Below the pieces are notes generated by a model. That model had not been told where the DNA came from. It searched no databases and worked only from the letters and a program-made list of their open reading frames with translations. A program made the position numbers and the translations under genes. This document shows, piece by piece, positions 37,704 to 52,291 of a DNA stretch of 64,000 nucleotides; position 1 is the first letter of the stretch, and every line of letters begins with the position of its first letter. The stretch spans positions 5,177,009 through 5,241,008 of the forward strand of contig CM082591.2 of the NCBI GenBank assembly GCA_040954595.2, read 5' to 3'. The stretch is from Balanoglossus misakiensis. Taxonomy: Eukaryota > Animalia > Hemichordata.

Positions 37704-39457
37704 TTCTAGACTACGGTTTAGAAACACGATTCGGAAAATGTCCATAAACTGTGAAGGGGCAGGGGAAAGTCGTCTGTCTCAGAAGATCCTCGATTCGCAG
37801 ATTGATTGCAAGGTAAATGCCGATTGACTTATGAAATTCTTACCGGTCAGTTGATGGTATTTCGCACTTGCCAACCGCTGTTCGTGTCACCAACTTTCGC
37901 TGGGTATTTGCTCGACTTCGACTGCGGTGTATCGCTGCAGTGTTAACCCAGGTGCCTGTGTCCCTCTCGCACTGAACGTGCGAGTTGCAACGGTGTGCGA
38001 AGGTTCTATGCACCTGCGATATTCGCTATCTCTCTTTGTCAGAGGTAACGAGTGTAGTCTGCGATGCATAAAGGCGTTGTAGGGTCTTTTCAAGTTCACA
38101 AATAATCGCACAAACAACCACCCCCTGGGCGGTAAACCGTCAGGCTATAATGAAAAGGTTCCGGTTCTGTAATCAATCCGCCAATCCACGGGGACTTCAT
38201 TTTCTGTAGTTCATGGCCAATAGCTCACTCTCTCTGGCTGAGGTTTGCGTTTTGTCAGCTCAAGGTCGAGACACTATCTGTTTGCAGTGCAAGCACACTC
38301 GAAGGAGTCAGGGTGCACTTGGGGGTCTTTGTTCGCGTTCACACTTTGCGGCTCGACCCTTTCTCTTTTATGATTCGCTTTTCAGCACAAGGTTGGAGTG
38401 CCCTCGACATGAACTCTTCGATTTGGAGAAGGGCGTGAGTCAAAACAATTCTGTTACCACTGGCTTTGCCGAGTGTGTGACAGTGTGTTTGTCTGTTCCT
38501 ATCCCGTTCTCGCTCTCTCTCCTTCTCCTTCTCTCTCTATCTCTGTCGTTCTCTCTCTCTGTCCATGACTCTTTCGCTGTCTCTGTCACTCTCTAAGTTG
38601 GTTTGGAGACATTGTCTTTTCCAGTTGAAAGGTTTTACTGTTATGCAGGCATCTCCCTTGGACAAATTATTACAATGTCTGTCCCCCAAACCACGTGGAC
38701 ATGCACGTGATATAACCTTGACTTTAACACAGCTCACAAGACTATACATGCCTATATGATCCTAGTTTGGAATAAATAGTTCGCAATGATGTCAATCGAC
38801 CCGTGCAGCATTTCTTTAGCCTTCATTCTAAAAATGGTATTATCTGCTTATTAGTGTTCTGCACGCATCTTGGGTAATTGATACAACCATCCAGTCTCAC
38901 TGGCATGTATGTAGTAAATTGAATCGGACAGTAATTTGGTGAGAACACACGGATGCGGTTGGAATCAACGAGGGCTGCGGTCCTACGGGCGTCGTACTTT
39001 TGGGTTTGTGCGGATAATTACATTTTGTGGCTTCACCCCTGCGGGGACCGTGGATGATCAATATACTTGTATATATATAAAATGCGCGGTATCAGGTGCA
39101 TCGGCGGGGCACAGGGCAGCAAAATGGAGATCCGTTCAGAAGATTGGTGAAGACACAGTGAACCGAGATCAGAAGAGCACTGCAGGCGCGATATTGCAGC
39201 GCGCATTTGAGATGAACACGCTGAGCGCTCTCACACACAAGTCAAAACCGCGCTACATGTGTCTGTATACACTCTACACGTATCTACTGCTGTGTTGACC
39301 TTCCGTCGACTCTTTTAGACTTTTTGGCCTGAACTTTTGTTGTGTCACATATATCCTTGACTCAGAATTTGAAAGACGAATGACCAAACTGAATACATGG
39401 AGCGCACACTGAGAATGTGCGTATCTGTGACCACAGTGCTATATATTCCCCGTCAAG

Positions 39458-39506
39458 ACGGATGGATGGATGGATGGATGGTTGGTTGGTCGGATGGATG
39501 GATGGA
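39458..39506. repeat. (GGAT)n/(GGTT)n microsatellite
   Basis: Directly visible. Confidence 0.9.
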
Positions 39507-40849
39507 TTATGAACCATATACACAATCATGGATTACTAGCGGCGATTATTAAGGTTAAAGGAAGAGAGCTACTTTCAGAGATCACACATTGTGTTTATGT
39601 ACTTAGTGATTCTGTTACCCCAACGAGGTCATAGATTGAGCATTGGTTATGAAACAAGTCCATGATCTCAGTAACCCGTTAGAAAAACAACCATTTTACA
39701 CAACTCGTTCCGGATCAGTGGTTCTGTACGAGCTGTCAAAGTCAATTGCAAAGTGGTCGTTGCGTCGCACATGCGCAAACCGTTCTGCTCCAGTCTCAGT
39801 TGCTGGACTGACATTGACCGGTCAACGACTGCGTCTTTCATAACTCGCACCGGTTGAAGTTCAAAAACCCGTTCACGCAAGGTCAAAGGCGAACACGACA
39901 CGCCGAAATCAACACCTTGTTTCACTTACTGAAGGAATTTCCCGTCCACGGCAGTCGTCTAAATTACATCGATCGCGTATTTCCCCAAGGGAAATCTTAA
40001 TAGGGCAAGCTCGGTTCTCGCTGGAGTGTGTCTTTCAGAAAGAAATCAGAGACAATTTCCGGCGCGTGTTCATGAACTTCCGCAGTACTGATTGTCCTCC
40101 GTGATTTGTGTGTTTTCCCCAAGACTAATTCATGTCTCTACGTAAAGTTTCTGTGATAAATGTGTTTTCTTTTTTTCAAATCAGGATTTCTCCCCCAAAT
40201 AAAGCAATCTGCTTGGCTTCTTACTCTTCACGCCCAGACGTCACTCGTGTTGTCACAAAATTGAAAATTCTTAATCCAGTGTCCTATTATCACCAGCGCT
40301 AGCGGCGCCCAGTTGTCTATCCTTACTTCGCACAGATACTAAACTTCTTTTCTTGAACAAATTCCAGCACGTCAGGATTTGAGGAATGAACATTTTCTTA
40401 CAGAATAAAAGTAGGTTAATACGAAAGGAAAAAGAATTGCAACATTCGTGGGGAAAATCTTCCCACAAGTATTTTTTTTCCAATCCCACGGTATCTTTGC
40501 TTCGGTCTGGGAGTGTACGATCACGGTACCTCGAACAACAACAACTACAGCTTGTAGGTTCAAAAATTCACCCCACGGCCTCGGTAATAGTAAATACTTT
40601 CGCAGCAATCAAATGGTCAATAACGTGAAAACGAGTGGATAGTGAATTTTATTGTGTGTCCTGCCTCGCCCGTATTTGTGAGCGTTATTGCGTGAAGGAG
40701 AACGGGGTTTGAATTCTTCGTTCAGCTGGCAATCAGTCTGCTGGGATGGTGTTGACTCAAAAATGTTGTTACAGAATTTGAAGAACTGGTTGATGTCCTG
40801 TTCAACATTCTCTGTATGTCTCTCTGTCTGCCAATCCGTTTGTCGGTCC

Positions 40850-40896
40850 ACCTGCCTGTCTGTCTGCCTGCCTGCCTGTCTGCCTGCCTGCCTGCA
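40850..40896. repeat. (CTGC/CTGT)n microsatellite
   Basis: Directly visible. Confidence 0.85.
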
Positions 40897-43800
40897 TGTC
40901 CGTACTGACTTCGCACTTCACGTGAAGGTCTAATGCAAAACGTACTGATATAGTACATAAACCGAAAACATACTGCTATCTCCTTGCACGCGTTTCAATT
41001 AAACTCTGAGAACCCCATACCACTGCAAGCAGTCACACTAGGTCAAATTATTAGCATTATCACACATTTGACGTTTACAGCGAGACCATTATCGCAATGA
41101 CACGATTATAAGGAGTGTTCTAGAAGATAGCTAGCTTATCCTTAAGTAGAAGTCTTTGCCACAGCATCTGGGCAGATAACATACCACAAATTGTGACTGC
41201 ATGGATCATTAAAGCACGCGCGTGCAATTGAGTGTGACCTCAATCAGCCGCTCCTAAAAATAAATGTGGGAAATGAAAAAAAAAATACTGATTTATACTC
41301 TGACGTTTTACATATATGCTGCCAACATCACCTCATGCAAAGTTGTGTTTGGTTCAATACATCAGAGTAAGACACAAAAGTGTTATTTCCATGTCTACTT
41401 TTGTGCGTGTGGTTATTCACCCGCACTCTATACTATCCACGATAAGGAGGGATGGCACTGTATCTGTGCTGGTGATATCGAGGAAGCGGGCAATATGACC
41501 CATTTCGCAGATTGCCCTGGAAGCCAAGATTCGATTCCAATTCACTACAGAGGATTAAAGGCAGCGATAACCATCTAAGGTGCACGATACAGTGCGAGTG
41601 GCTCATACACCCAGCAGGCGAAGAATGTTCAGAAAACTAGTATTGCTCAGAGTTGTTCTGGCTGAGATTCTTGTTGGATAAAACTCTCAACTTTGCGTTA
41701 TTTTGTCGTCATTGTAAACCCCAGGCCTCTGTCAGGCGACTGCTATAAGCGTTACTTTTGTTCTTTTCTGTCACAAACGGTCGGTTTCTATCGACTGTCA
41801 GTGACTGAGTAATTTAACCACCAATAAAAGAAGGCAAGACAATCAGAATGTTGCTTGTTGCGGAAACGGAAACAACTATCCAGACATGCGCAGTAGAGTA
41901 CAAATGTAGTACTTCCGGTATTTTTGCCACTTCTTCCTCCCGCCTAAATTTTTAGTCGTGCCGACACTCTACGCATGTGAGGAGACACGACAGGGGTATA
42001 ATAAGATGGATGCTTGCATGGTTTTATTTCCTCTCCTGAACCACGTGAGCGCACGTACAATTCACAGGATGGACTTACTTCTGAGGAATCAACCGCCTTG
42101 TTTTTCCTTGCAATAACTCACGATCTCGGATGTTGTAAATAAAAAATCCGGGGACTCGCTTACAGATTAGTCGGCGATTAGAATGAATGGTGTAACCGCC
42201 ACACTTCCTGTCAACAAATCATGGCGGCATCAATTTGAATGAAACCGTTTACAGTTGAATGCATCCGTTCATCCATACCCGTCACAGTAAACGTACGTGT
42301 CAGGGCGGCACTGTTCCGTCAAACATGTTCACCCCCCAAAACACCTATAATTTCTACCTTTCCCTGTCTCCAATAGCCTTTAACCTAATCAGTCTAATCG
42401 TAAAAGTATTGATTAATACTAAATAATGTTTTCCCCATCACAATTCCAGGAAGACAGAAAGCGAAAGTAAGGGCCGCCAGAGGGTAGTTGTGGACATGTA
42501 CGATCCCCGTGCGAATAGACCTGCCAACTTGAACTGAACTTTCAACGACGTAAAATCATAGCATAGTCAATCTAAATTAAATGACATCGGGCGTACTGTT
42601 CAAATGATTTAACTTCAGACAGTGTTTATAACACCTTCAATTTGTGTTGCTCAGCCTCCCTCTCCCCTTTCTCCTCCTCTCTTGCTCCCTTAACCTCCCC
42701 ATCTCTCCATGTTTACGACTACTACGGCAAATTACTGCCAGTGTTGTTTTCGTGTTTTTGCCCGCAAAGTAAGACTATGATTGACTGCCATCACGATGGG
42801 CCCAGTCATTGATTCATCGCTTGTGATTCCCCGATCAATATTACTGGTCTTTAGAGAATGTTGCGGGGTTTTCCCGTAGCTGTTTTCATGGATTTCCAGA
42901 CCAAAACACATTTATCATTGACATTCAGGTACACATACATACTCGAGTCTAATTTGCATGTGCGAATTACATTTTCATGATTACATTAATCACGGACAGT
43001 ATTCACATTTTTCCTATTTTGTTAGATAAATAAATACATGTTGTATATTTTTAATATGTGATAAGTAATTCGCGAGAGACCACAGGTCATAAAAGCAGCC
43101 ATATTTTTTGCTTTCTGGTGTAATATTGTAAAACTCATTTGTCTCTCATTAAATAATTCATTAGATTAAACCTAATTTATTAATTTAATATTGAAAAATG
43201 TCAGAGAATAGACTTGATTTAGTAGTATAACTGAAGGTAAACACGCGGATTTCAACTCTTGGTAATTTCAAACAGATTCGAATGACACTATTTCAGAGTT
43301 TAGGACTTATTCCCTATAATTTATTTATAGGGTTTCTTTATTAAAAAAAACAACCGAGAAATCATCGTTTAATGTTTGTTTGGTTTTCCTGTCAAGACAC
43401 CCCACAGCAAGACAGATGTCTCGAACCTTTTCTGGCAAGAATGCTTCCGTCAACTTTACAACAATTTTAATTTCTTTACGACAAAGAATAACTCCTTGTG
43501 TTGGTCACGATGTGCGGTAGCACTTTGAAACATAAAAAATCTCGGCGATTTTATGATTTCGTCCTACTTTGCCGGGTGTACCGGTACAGTACTGGCTGTA
43601 AATCTAAGGCGCGTTTATTGGATTTGTTTCATTAGGGATGTACGCGCAGAACGCAAAGTTGTAAACTGAGCATTTGCCATAGGATTTTCCCCATATGATT
43701 ACATTGAGTAAATATCACATATCTAATATCTATAACTAAAATTTCATTTTGTGTGTAGGCGCCAAGACAGTAATAAAAGTATGAGTTGTTAACATCAGCT

Positions 43801-46800
43801 CGTTGATCTTTTTAATTTATCAGAGATTGGGTTTTTTTGATGGCAAGAAAAGAAGACACGTGTTTTGCTTTGTGAACTTCTCGGGAATTTTACACGGAAA
43901 TTGAAGATCACTATCTGCGAAATTAATTCGAGGATTGCCTGGCCGAGTTTATAAAGTAAAGTTATACTGGGATTTTGTGTAGCTTTGCCCTCAAATATCT
44001 TTCATGGTGATTCACTGTGAAAATTTATTTATACACTCGTAATATCTCCATCGACCAACGTAAAGGTTTGATAAAGGTTCGCTTGGAATGCGAACGATAT
44101 TATAGAATGCCATTGCGAGATTTGCCATAGGATAGCGTTAAGTGGCTACACGGTCGTGACAGGATCATTTGAGTTTTATAACTGACCAGATGGTGTAAGT
44201 CTGGTGTGTGGATAAATTGTACCTGGCGGCAGTAAAGAACAGGTTGCATATTGGTGACGTCATCGATAAGTTGATTGGAAACTGAACACGCTGTGCTAAA
44301 TGTATTCAGACTTTATTCAATGCAGTTTATCAACACACACAAAATTATCATCCTAAACATTACCGGTCGGTGAAAAGTTAGTTTCGTATCCACCTGCAGT
44401 TAACACGGGATTTGTAATTCAAACCGAAGCAGCTTAATAAACGAGGGTCGCATTTCACTTTCTTGGGGCAGAAAATAAACAAAGATATTAGCAGGTGTGT
44501 CAAAATTGATGAATGTGAAAATGTGCCAGCGGCCATGACAGGGTGAAAATTTGATTTATTAGAAAGCTTCAACAGTTAACTTTTAGTCTGAAGTGTTAAT
44601 ATCAAATGACCTAAGTTAAGACATGAAATTTGCATTAAACGTTTTCGCGACTTAAGATATTAATTAATCCTTCAGGTAGTTCAAGAGGTTCACGTGGGTA
44701 TTTCCTTCAAATTTCATATTACATGTATAATATTACAAAGTTGTCCTTTAAACATATGAGTTTTCCGCACAGGGTTTCGTATTGTGTTGGAAAACATGTG
44801 GGGCGACAGTATGATCGTTTCCAATCCCATTTACACAAATAAACGTACATCTCGCAATACAGAACTAAGTAGACACGCCATCAGCTGGGAAAATACTAAT
44901 TTCTTTATAATGGCAGCCAGGACTACAAGTTATGACGTCCGCTTGTGGAAGGCGCGAACGAACGCGGGTATATATAACGAGACTGACAGCGCAAATATGG
45001 CAGTTCTTTCCAACTCGTCAATTCTGCTCGCTTCTAATCTAAATTTTATGAATCTATTCGGCGGTAATTTCGGTACCAAGGCAGCTCCCTGGAGCTTTAA
45101 TGAGGACATCCTCACTTGGATCGGCGTGTCTGCGACCCAAGAATTTAGAAAATCAGAGTCCGTATGAAGCAGACGTGCCATTTGCCCCGTTTCGCGGCCT
45201 ATTTTTGCTGATTATCTTCGCGCAAACACGGCTCGCGATCAGTTATACATGGTTAGTTTCCCCATAGACCCTGGAGAGAGACCCATGAATAAGTTTCTTA
45301 TTTAAAGTATACCTTTACTTATTCGAATTGGCGAGTGGCGTGAGCGCCACTATACGATTGTATTATGCAGCATAAATCCGTCGAAAACTTCAAACTGTGA
45401 ATGAAGTGTTAGCATTCCTTAAACGATATATTTATTTCTAAAATAAGAAATGTTCCTTTTATTAGTATAAAAGAATTTACAGCGACGTCGCAAACAACAA
45501 ACCACTTTTTCTGAATAGAAGCAAAAATGTCATAGCCATTGTATGTACAAAGACCAAGGCATAGAATCTCCTTCGACGAGATATACAATGGTAGAAAGCT
45601 ATCACGCGAGGTTTTGACACTAATCAATTGTCGCCGTTTTTATAAATGGCTTTTATGGGCACTTTGTACCATGTGGTTGACAAAGATACATGGCTCACTA
45701 ATTTTACAACTATCCAGAGAAATGAGGGTTGTCCGCAAATAAATACAATTTGATGTCAGGGTTACAAAACACTTCGCGGTTTATGGCAAAACACGGGTAC
45801 TTGTGTTAATGGTATTATCTCCTCATTGCAAAGCCATCTCTCCATTGTAAATGTCGGTTCCAGCCCACATTAGGGAGCAACGACACAGCTCAATGGGAAA
45901 ACATGAAAAGCCGGGTTGAGACGATACAAGAGGATTCCAGACAAAAAAAATGTTATTACAAGCAGCGAATGATTTATGTAAGGAGCAGTTCGTCGACAAA
46001 CACTCTTTGTGATATGTTTGTTCGATATAGTTGTCGCCGCTGTTAACAAAAGACGGTCTCCATTCGGTCACACGCACAAACATGTAGTTTTTTTCTACAG
46101 ACATGCCGACCGCGGCCGCTACAACTTGTTTGCCACATTTTCAGCTTGAGTTCTATCTATTTTTGTGTTGCCGGGGTAACCAGGCCAGAATTCAGTCGAG
46201 ACCTGATGATGTTGATTTTGTCGAAGTTCCTCAGACTGCTTACGCTTTATTTTGGCTAAATTGATAAACTCTGATGAGTCAGCTCAAATCCAGCTCGGGC
46301 TAAATAAGGACACGGCCAATAATTGTAAACAAGTGTACGTCGAACGATTAGAGGCCGGCGTTCAGATTTTATTGAGATAACATCCACAGCCTGGTGATAC
46401 CGCAGTGCCTTGTAAGCCAGCGGCTATTTCTAACTGTTTGGTGAAAGATCAAACAAACAAAGCCGGCAAAGCAAAACTGTTGACAGTTTCAAATGTGGTC
46501 TTCAGGGATTAAGACCTACTCATGCGAACCTGTACAAAGTTCTCCGGGAGAGTGGCTAATCCTATAAATTACGTTTGGAAAACACGGTAGCTTTGAAATC
46601 AGCTGCCTGTAAGCTTCCTACTGTTTGCTTTATGAATACGGTGTTTGGCGAATTGGGACATCATGAATACAACATTATAAAGCAGTTGAAAATGTCGAGT
46701 GGACTGTTTTTGTTTACGCGATTCTCTTCGAGGTGAACTTATTAATCAAGATGGTTCCTTCACATGCCAGCACTTAAGACAAGAATGCTCTCGTGTCAGA

Positions 46801-49800
46801 ACGCTTTATTTCTAGTCAGTGGACATGAAAAAGGCATTTTGGTTGTGCAAGGAATTCGGGTATGGACGTAAATCAAGGTTTGCGATGTTTCCACTGTTGA
46901 CGCGCAGAGCTCGCTTACGTTTTGGGTAAATGTCGGGTGCGTAGGCAGAGCACTGCAGGTGCCGTGATATACACGTTGAGGATTGGGCGATAGAGAGATC
47001 ATCTATCGATGTCCGTGAAATAATACGTTCCCTTCCAAGGAATTTTGGCAGACCTGAATTCGATACAGATGAACACAGTTCTCTGTCCACGCACACAGCA
47101 GTTGTTGTTGTTGACAGACAGTTCGCTTTCAGTACGTATGAATAAGCTAATACAGAACATATGTACAGCCGTATACTGGAATGAACCCAAGTTAAAGTGT
47201 CGCCAAAAATCAAGAACATTTTAAAAAGAGACATTTCACTTACAGTGACTACAGAATGTCTGCTTTCCACCTGTGTTTCGGGCGCCTAAATATCTGAATT
47301 GCAGTGGGGATCGGTGTCGGCTGCCCAGTACCGGTCGACTGCACTGGTCGACTTTCTTCCCTCTCTGGAACGAGCCTGACTGAACTCCCTCCGATAGCTT
47401 CTTCGCGGTCTTATCTCTGCCCTTCGGTTGAACTCTGCGAATGTATCGCCGGGGCTTCCTTAAGGAGGCCCGCCGCCACAATGAATCCAGCGAGGGAGAA
47501 TTATCACGCCTGATCCGGCAAATGCGGTAGAGGCTGATTGATAATGATGAGCACGTTCCACTTATGAATATATCGCGCGCGCACCAGTAATGAATCGACC
47601 GGGTTGGCATGGATTTGTGTTTCCATAGCAACCTCGGGAGGTAGCGACTCGGTGTAAAGACACGCATGTACACTTAATGTCTAAATTAATTCTAGCCTTT
47701 TATGCGATTATTGATGTGTATGTGTGCATATATAATGCGCACTGGAGAATATTTCTACACATCTGGCTTTTTCCCATGGTGACGTCACACGGCAAGTTAC
47801 ATTGACCATCAGTCAACACTGTTATTTTTGCTGCTTTGCAAAAGCAGAGATGAACACTAGAATTTACATTCCTATTTCAGGCTGTCTTACTAATATATCC
47901 CTGTAGATGAAAACAGTTTTCGCCAGATCCATGGAATGTCTATGTCAATTTATACAAGCGCAAACCTGCTCGATAGATCAACAATTCTTTCTTTCTTAGT
48001 ACATGTAGAAACAATTTTACCTTTTCACTTACACATTTCTTATCCTTCAATTTTACGATATCAATCGGCACTTTTTCGAAAGTGGTCCCCACAGTCAAAA
48101 TATTTTTAGAACTCAAATTCGTAAATTCCTTCTCATCAATACCGTCCATTGTTCACATCGTTAATAATCGCGCCATGGCACGGTTCATGTCTTTGCGGTT
48201 TTTCTGCTGAGACCGTCAAAGTCGGCCACCCACTCGGAGATGCCCTCGTCTACGCCGAGCCAAATGCAACGGAACGCCCGCCATATTGTAGACGCGGCAC
48301 TCGTTTGTGTACTTTGACGTTCTTGGCGGTTTCGGGTCAGATTTTCCCTTCTAGTCAAAGGAGAGTGGTGAAATCGTACACTGATCGTACACAGTCCAGT
48401 TATTAACATATCTTTGAACTACCATCGACTGATCTTCACTTCCAACATCATTCATTTGTTACATTTGCTTAGCCATGCACGTGGAACATCTGGGTTGTTG
48501 TGCCTGTACATGTACTTTGCTAATCTCAATGAGATTCCTTGAGGTCACTGTGACTAGGCACGACCCAGCTGTAGCTCATGTTAGGCAATGCATGCTATAC
48601 AAGAGGCTCGTCAACAGAAGTACCATTAAGGGTTCAATTGAATGGGGCTTTGATTCCATTTAAGATAAAAGGAAACATTGACGCAAAACGACCAACGCAA
48701 TTATTTGATCGCCGGTTAACGGTCATTAGACTTTCGATTTCCCTTTATTTACAAAATCGATGGCATCTTGAAGTTGACGACGAATAATTACTCAATGACA
48801 TATACGAAGTGGAAGACGTTGCCTTTAAATGTTTAATGGGCACACAGTGTGTGTGCGCGTGCGTGAGTGTTTGTCGGAATATCCACTCACGTTCACGTGT
48901 AAAACATATAGAAGTGACCATCCAAGATACACATCAAATACTTAGTGTGGAACCGCTTCAACCATATATGTTTCGAAATTCCTCAGTTCAGTGGCCGATT
49001 ACCCACAAAGCCAACAGACAGCAACACTGCGCATGCGGTGAACATGATTCAATCGTCAGCCTCGGCATTTGACATAAATTTTCAAGACACCACTCAGTGA
49101 TTGTTGTTTTTGAAAGCCTTTTTGAAAACGCCTGGCACGCAGCATTCCCCGAATAGCTTCTCGTCCCAAATTAAATTCTGTCATCCGCCTTCATATCTGG
49201 CCAGCGGATCAAGGGTTTTTCACAAGACTTTGTTGATAGAAGGTAAATGACCCCACCGTCCCGAAAGAAACTTATTATATGAAGCACTTCCGAAGAGGGG
49301 TCCCCAGTGACCCAGGTACGGAGAACCTATTAGCTTCACCCAGCGCAGACACGGCGAGCTCTCCAAATACAACTGCCAATTTTCATTACGGAACATACCA
49401 CCGCCTCGCGGGGAGCATTTCGCAGTTAATTTTCTGAAAGGCAAACCTTGTCTCGTTGACATGTACCGAGGAGGCGATATTGGCTGTCTCTTTGTGAATG
49501 GTTGATTTGTGCGAGTCAGCGCTGCGCGACATTCTCAATATTGCAAATGTAAACATTTCAAAACAAGGTGTCCAAGTGTTCAATTTGCATGCAAACCATC
49601 CAAGCACATAATGTATACTCCTCTGTAACATAAGTTCTTCGCCAAATTTGATTCTCCACGTCCTAATGGCTGACATTTTAATGCTACTATTCAACTTTTC
49701 GGTTATATGTTCAGACAGCCAGCGCAGTTCTTTGATTTATAAGCAACTTAAGTGCTCCTTTTCATAGTGTATATGAAAAGACATGGCCGATTCGCAAAGT

Positions 49801-51036
49801 GGACTTTTGACTGACTCTGAAATGAATTCTCTGCAATAACAACCGTTTCCCGCCTGAACTACCAAATATTTTTAATTAAAGAACATGGCGTCGATATCAG
49901 CCGAGTGCCATTTGCATCAGTGTGATCCTATACGTCATGACTGGCACTTCGGTCCGATTTAAATCATAATGGAAGTCCGTTCCCGCGGAGATAGTACCCT
50001 GACCTCTGCTTGACCCCGGAAATCACATCCTCAAATAAGCAGAATTACAGAAACAGTGGGTAACTTATCCCGCGTTGCTTCATGCAGTACTTGTGCATTG
50101 AATTCCCGTTTTAAGAAATCAGGCAAATGGGAAAAATTCTTGTTTTGCAAATGTTAGAATTCATTTATGGAGGGTGGAAATCTCCCAAAATAACATGCAT
50201 GATGGCGATAGGCTGTGCAAGTATCAACCCTTGCAATCTGAGATAAACCAAATAAATCATACATTCGTAAAATTTTACACATTTGACATCGTGATTGGGT
50301 ACTTAAAATTTTCATTATACTTCAAAAGAAGAAACAAACATAGTTCACACTTTTCAACTTAGCTTGATTAGCCATAAATCTCACTCGAAAGAAACTCACA
50401 AATCATAGTTAGGTTTTACGGACTATATTATTTTATTTCTTGCTACCAGACGCTCACATTTTCATCTAGCGATGCTATAAAACCTGTTATAAACTTGTCA
50501 CCCAAGTATGTTTGTTCAGTTAAGTCTTTTTCGTCTAATTTCATTGAATTATATTAAGTTAACTGCACATTAACAAAACATGTGTATTCTCCTTAATTCA
50601 GACGATTTACAAACATGTTATGTAAAGTCTACTTGTTTGTGTTGAACTCCTCACGTGTAGAAGTCATTCTAGACAACTTCATTTGCCTGCTTGCTTTCCG
50701 TTATAATACAGATAATATGGCGCCTTCCGTTGCAACCTAGGCAACGCTAATTTGGAAGAAAATTATCCAACGGTCCCGCGTCTCCATGGGTGGTCTTGAT
50801 TCTCCAGTGGGAAGAACGAAAAAATTTGATTTCGATGAAGACGTGACTCGATTACTGAATGTAATAAAAATGTTTTGGTTGTGCAGTTTCGTGTAAATCA
50901 CATTATCTTGCAGACGTTTTCGGCATATTCAATCACAGCTGACTGTCTCCTGGTGTAAGGTGAGAACAGCTATGGGTAATCCATCATTTTTCAGGGAATG
51001 CGATGAACGAATGGTAATAAACAGAGCTGTCACGAA

Positions 51037-51155
51037 TGTATGTATGTATGTATGTGTGTATGTATGTATGTGTGTGTGTGTGTATGTATGTATGTATATA
51101 TGTATGGGCATGTGTGTGTATGTGCATAATCTATCTATTTATCTATCTATCTCTC
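51037..51155. repeat. Compound microsatellite (ATGT)n/(TG)n/(ATCT)n
   Basis: Directly visible. Confidence 0.9.
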
Positions 51156-51608
51156 TGCACCCCAATCCATACTAATTTGTCGATCTCTTTACACTGTCCC
51201 AATAACAGATACACTATCCTTTTAAATATCAGTGCACAGGTGGCCACAGAGTTTATAAATAGCAAATAGGCTGAGGTATCGGGTCACAACGCTCATGGCT
51301 GTTTCCTTTACTTTAATTTGCAAGTGAAAGTCCACGCAATCCAATCGCCGAGGATTTGCATAAGGCGCTAGATGCACAACCTCTCGAAATCACGGAAGTG
51401 GCTGTACCTTCAGGGAAGAAAGTTGGACAAACTCGAACAGTCAAATGAGACTTCAGAGTTTGTAGCTTTCTGCTAAGTTATATAACATTCAGTGTGTTGT
51501 TATTTCCACCTGATGTGATTATTATAATAAATAACAAGGCAGTGAACACTCTGTTTTTTTCTGTTTTCCAGACGACTCCTCACACTGGACCAGTCCCCGA
51601 GTTGAGTA

Positions 51609-51767
51609 CAGTGAAACCTGTCTATTAAGGACACCTCTGGGACTGGAAAATGTGTCCTTAATAGACAGGTAATATTCTATTCAAACTGTGACTTTTGTGT
51701 TGAAAGACCTGTCCTTAATAGAGAGGTGTCCTGATTAGAGAGGTGTCTGTAATGACATGTTTCACTG
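51609..51767. mobile_element. Tc1/mariner (pogo/Tigger-like) MITE
   Basis: TA|CAGTGAAACCTGTC ... GACATGTTTCACTG|TA, with internal repeats of GTCCTTAATAGA(C/G)AGG typical of such MITEs. Confidence 0.8.
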
Positions 51768-52168
51768 TACTACCTTAATGGTTAACATTTAGATCATTCT
51801 TCTGTATCAGTCACAGTTGATGCATCTTAAGTCCACGCAATCTTCGCTCCATTTCCTCTATTTTGATTCGAGCCCGTGTGTATCCATTTTAAGGGGAAAT
51901 GTGGTCAGCCATCAAAGAATCGTTAAATGATACACTATTGACTGAAGCCGGTCGCATTAGATCAGTCGAGTGGAATTAATTCTGCAATGTAAACGCTACG
52001 CTGAACCGGGTATACATCAGTGAAGCCAATGGTTTACTTTTCATGGTGCGGTTCTCATATTTTCCCGCCAAAATCTGCAGACTGATAGGCTGGAAAATTT
52101 ACTACAATTCTAGTCAAAGTTGGGTGTTTGTTACAAAAAGTAACAATGCATGCATTGTTTGCTGTGAT

Positions 52169-52291
52169 ATACAGTGTAATACAAAGTAACGACTATTATT
52201 TTCAATGATGTACATTGTAGCAGTTACACTACAGTGTAATACAAAGTAACAACCACATTGTTTGCAATGATGTACATTGTAGCAGTTACAC
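52169..52291. repeat. Tandem duplication (about 61 bp x 2)
   Basis: TACAGTGTAATACAAAGTAAC...CAATGATGTACATTGTAGCAGTTACAC occurs twice. Confidence 0.85.

Noticed and set aside
38381-38402. REST/NRSF RE1-like site (TTCAGCAC...)
   Set aside because: Only the left half matches; the GGACAG right half is absent.
44560-45425. Possible decayed TTAA-type MITEs (also about 25080-25430 and 26400-26650)
   Set aside because: The ends look TE-like, but I could not pair TIRs or TSDs reliably by eye.
47940-48149. Lys-rich 69-aa ORF (similarly 22962-23279 and 40609-40851)
   Set aside because: Protein-like by eye but with no motif or exon partners. They could be decayed TE coding fragments and cannot be supported without BLASTX.
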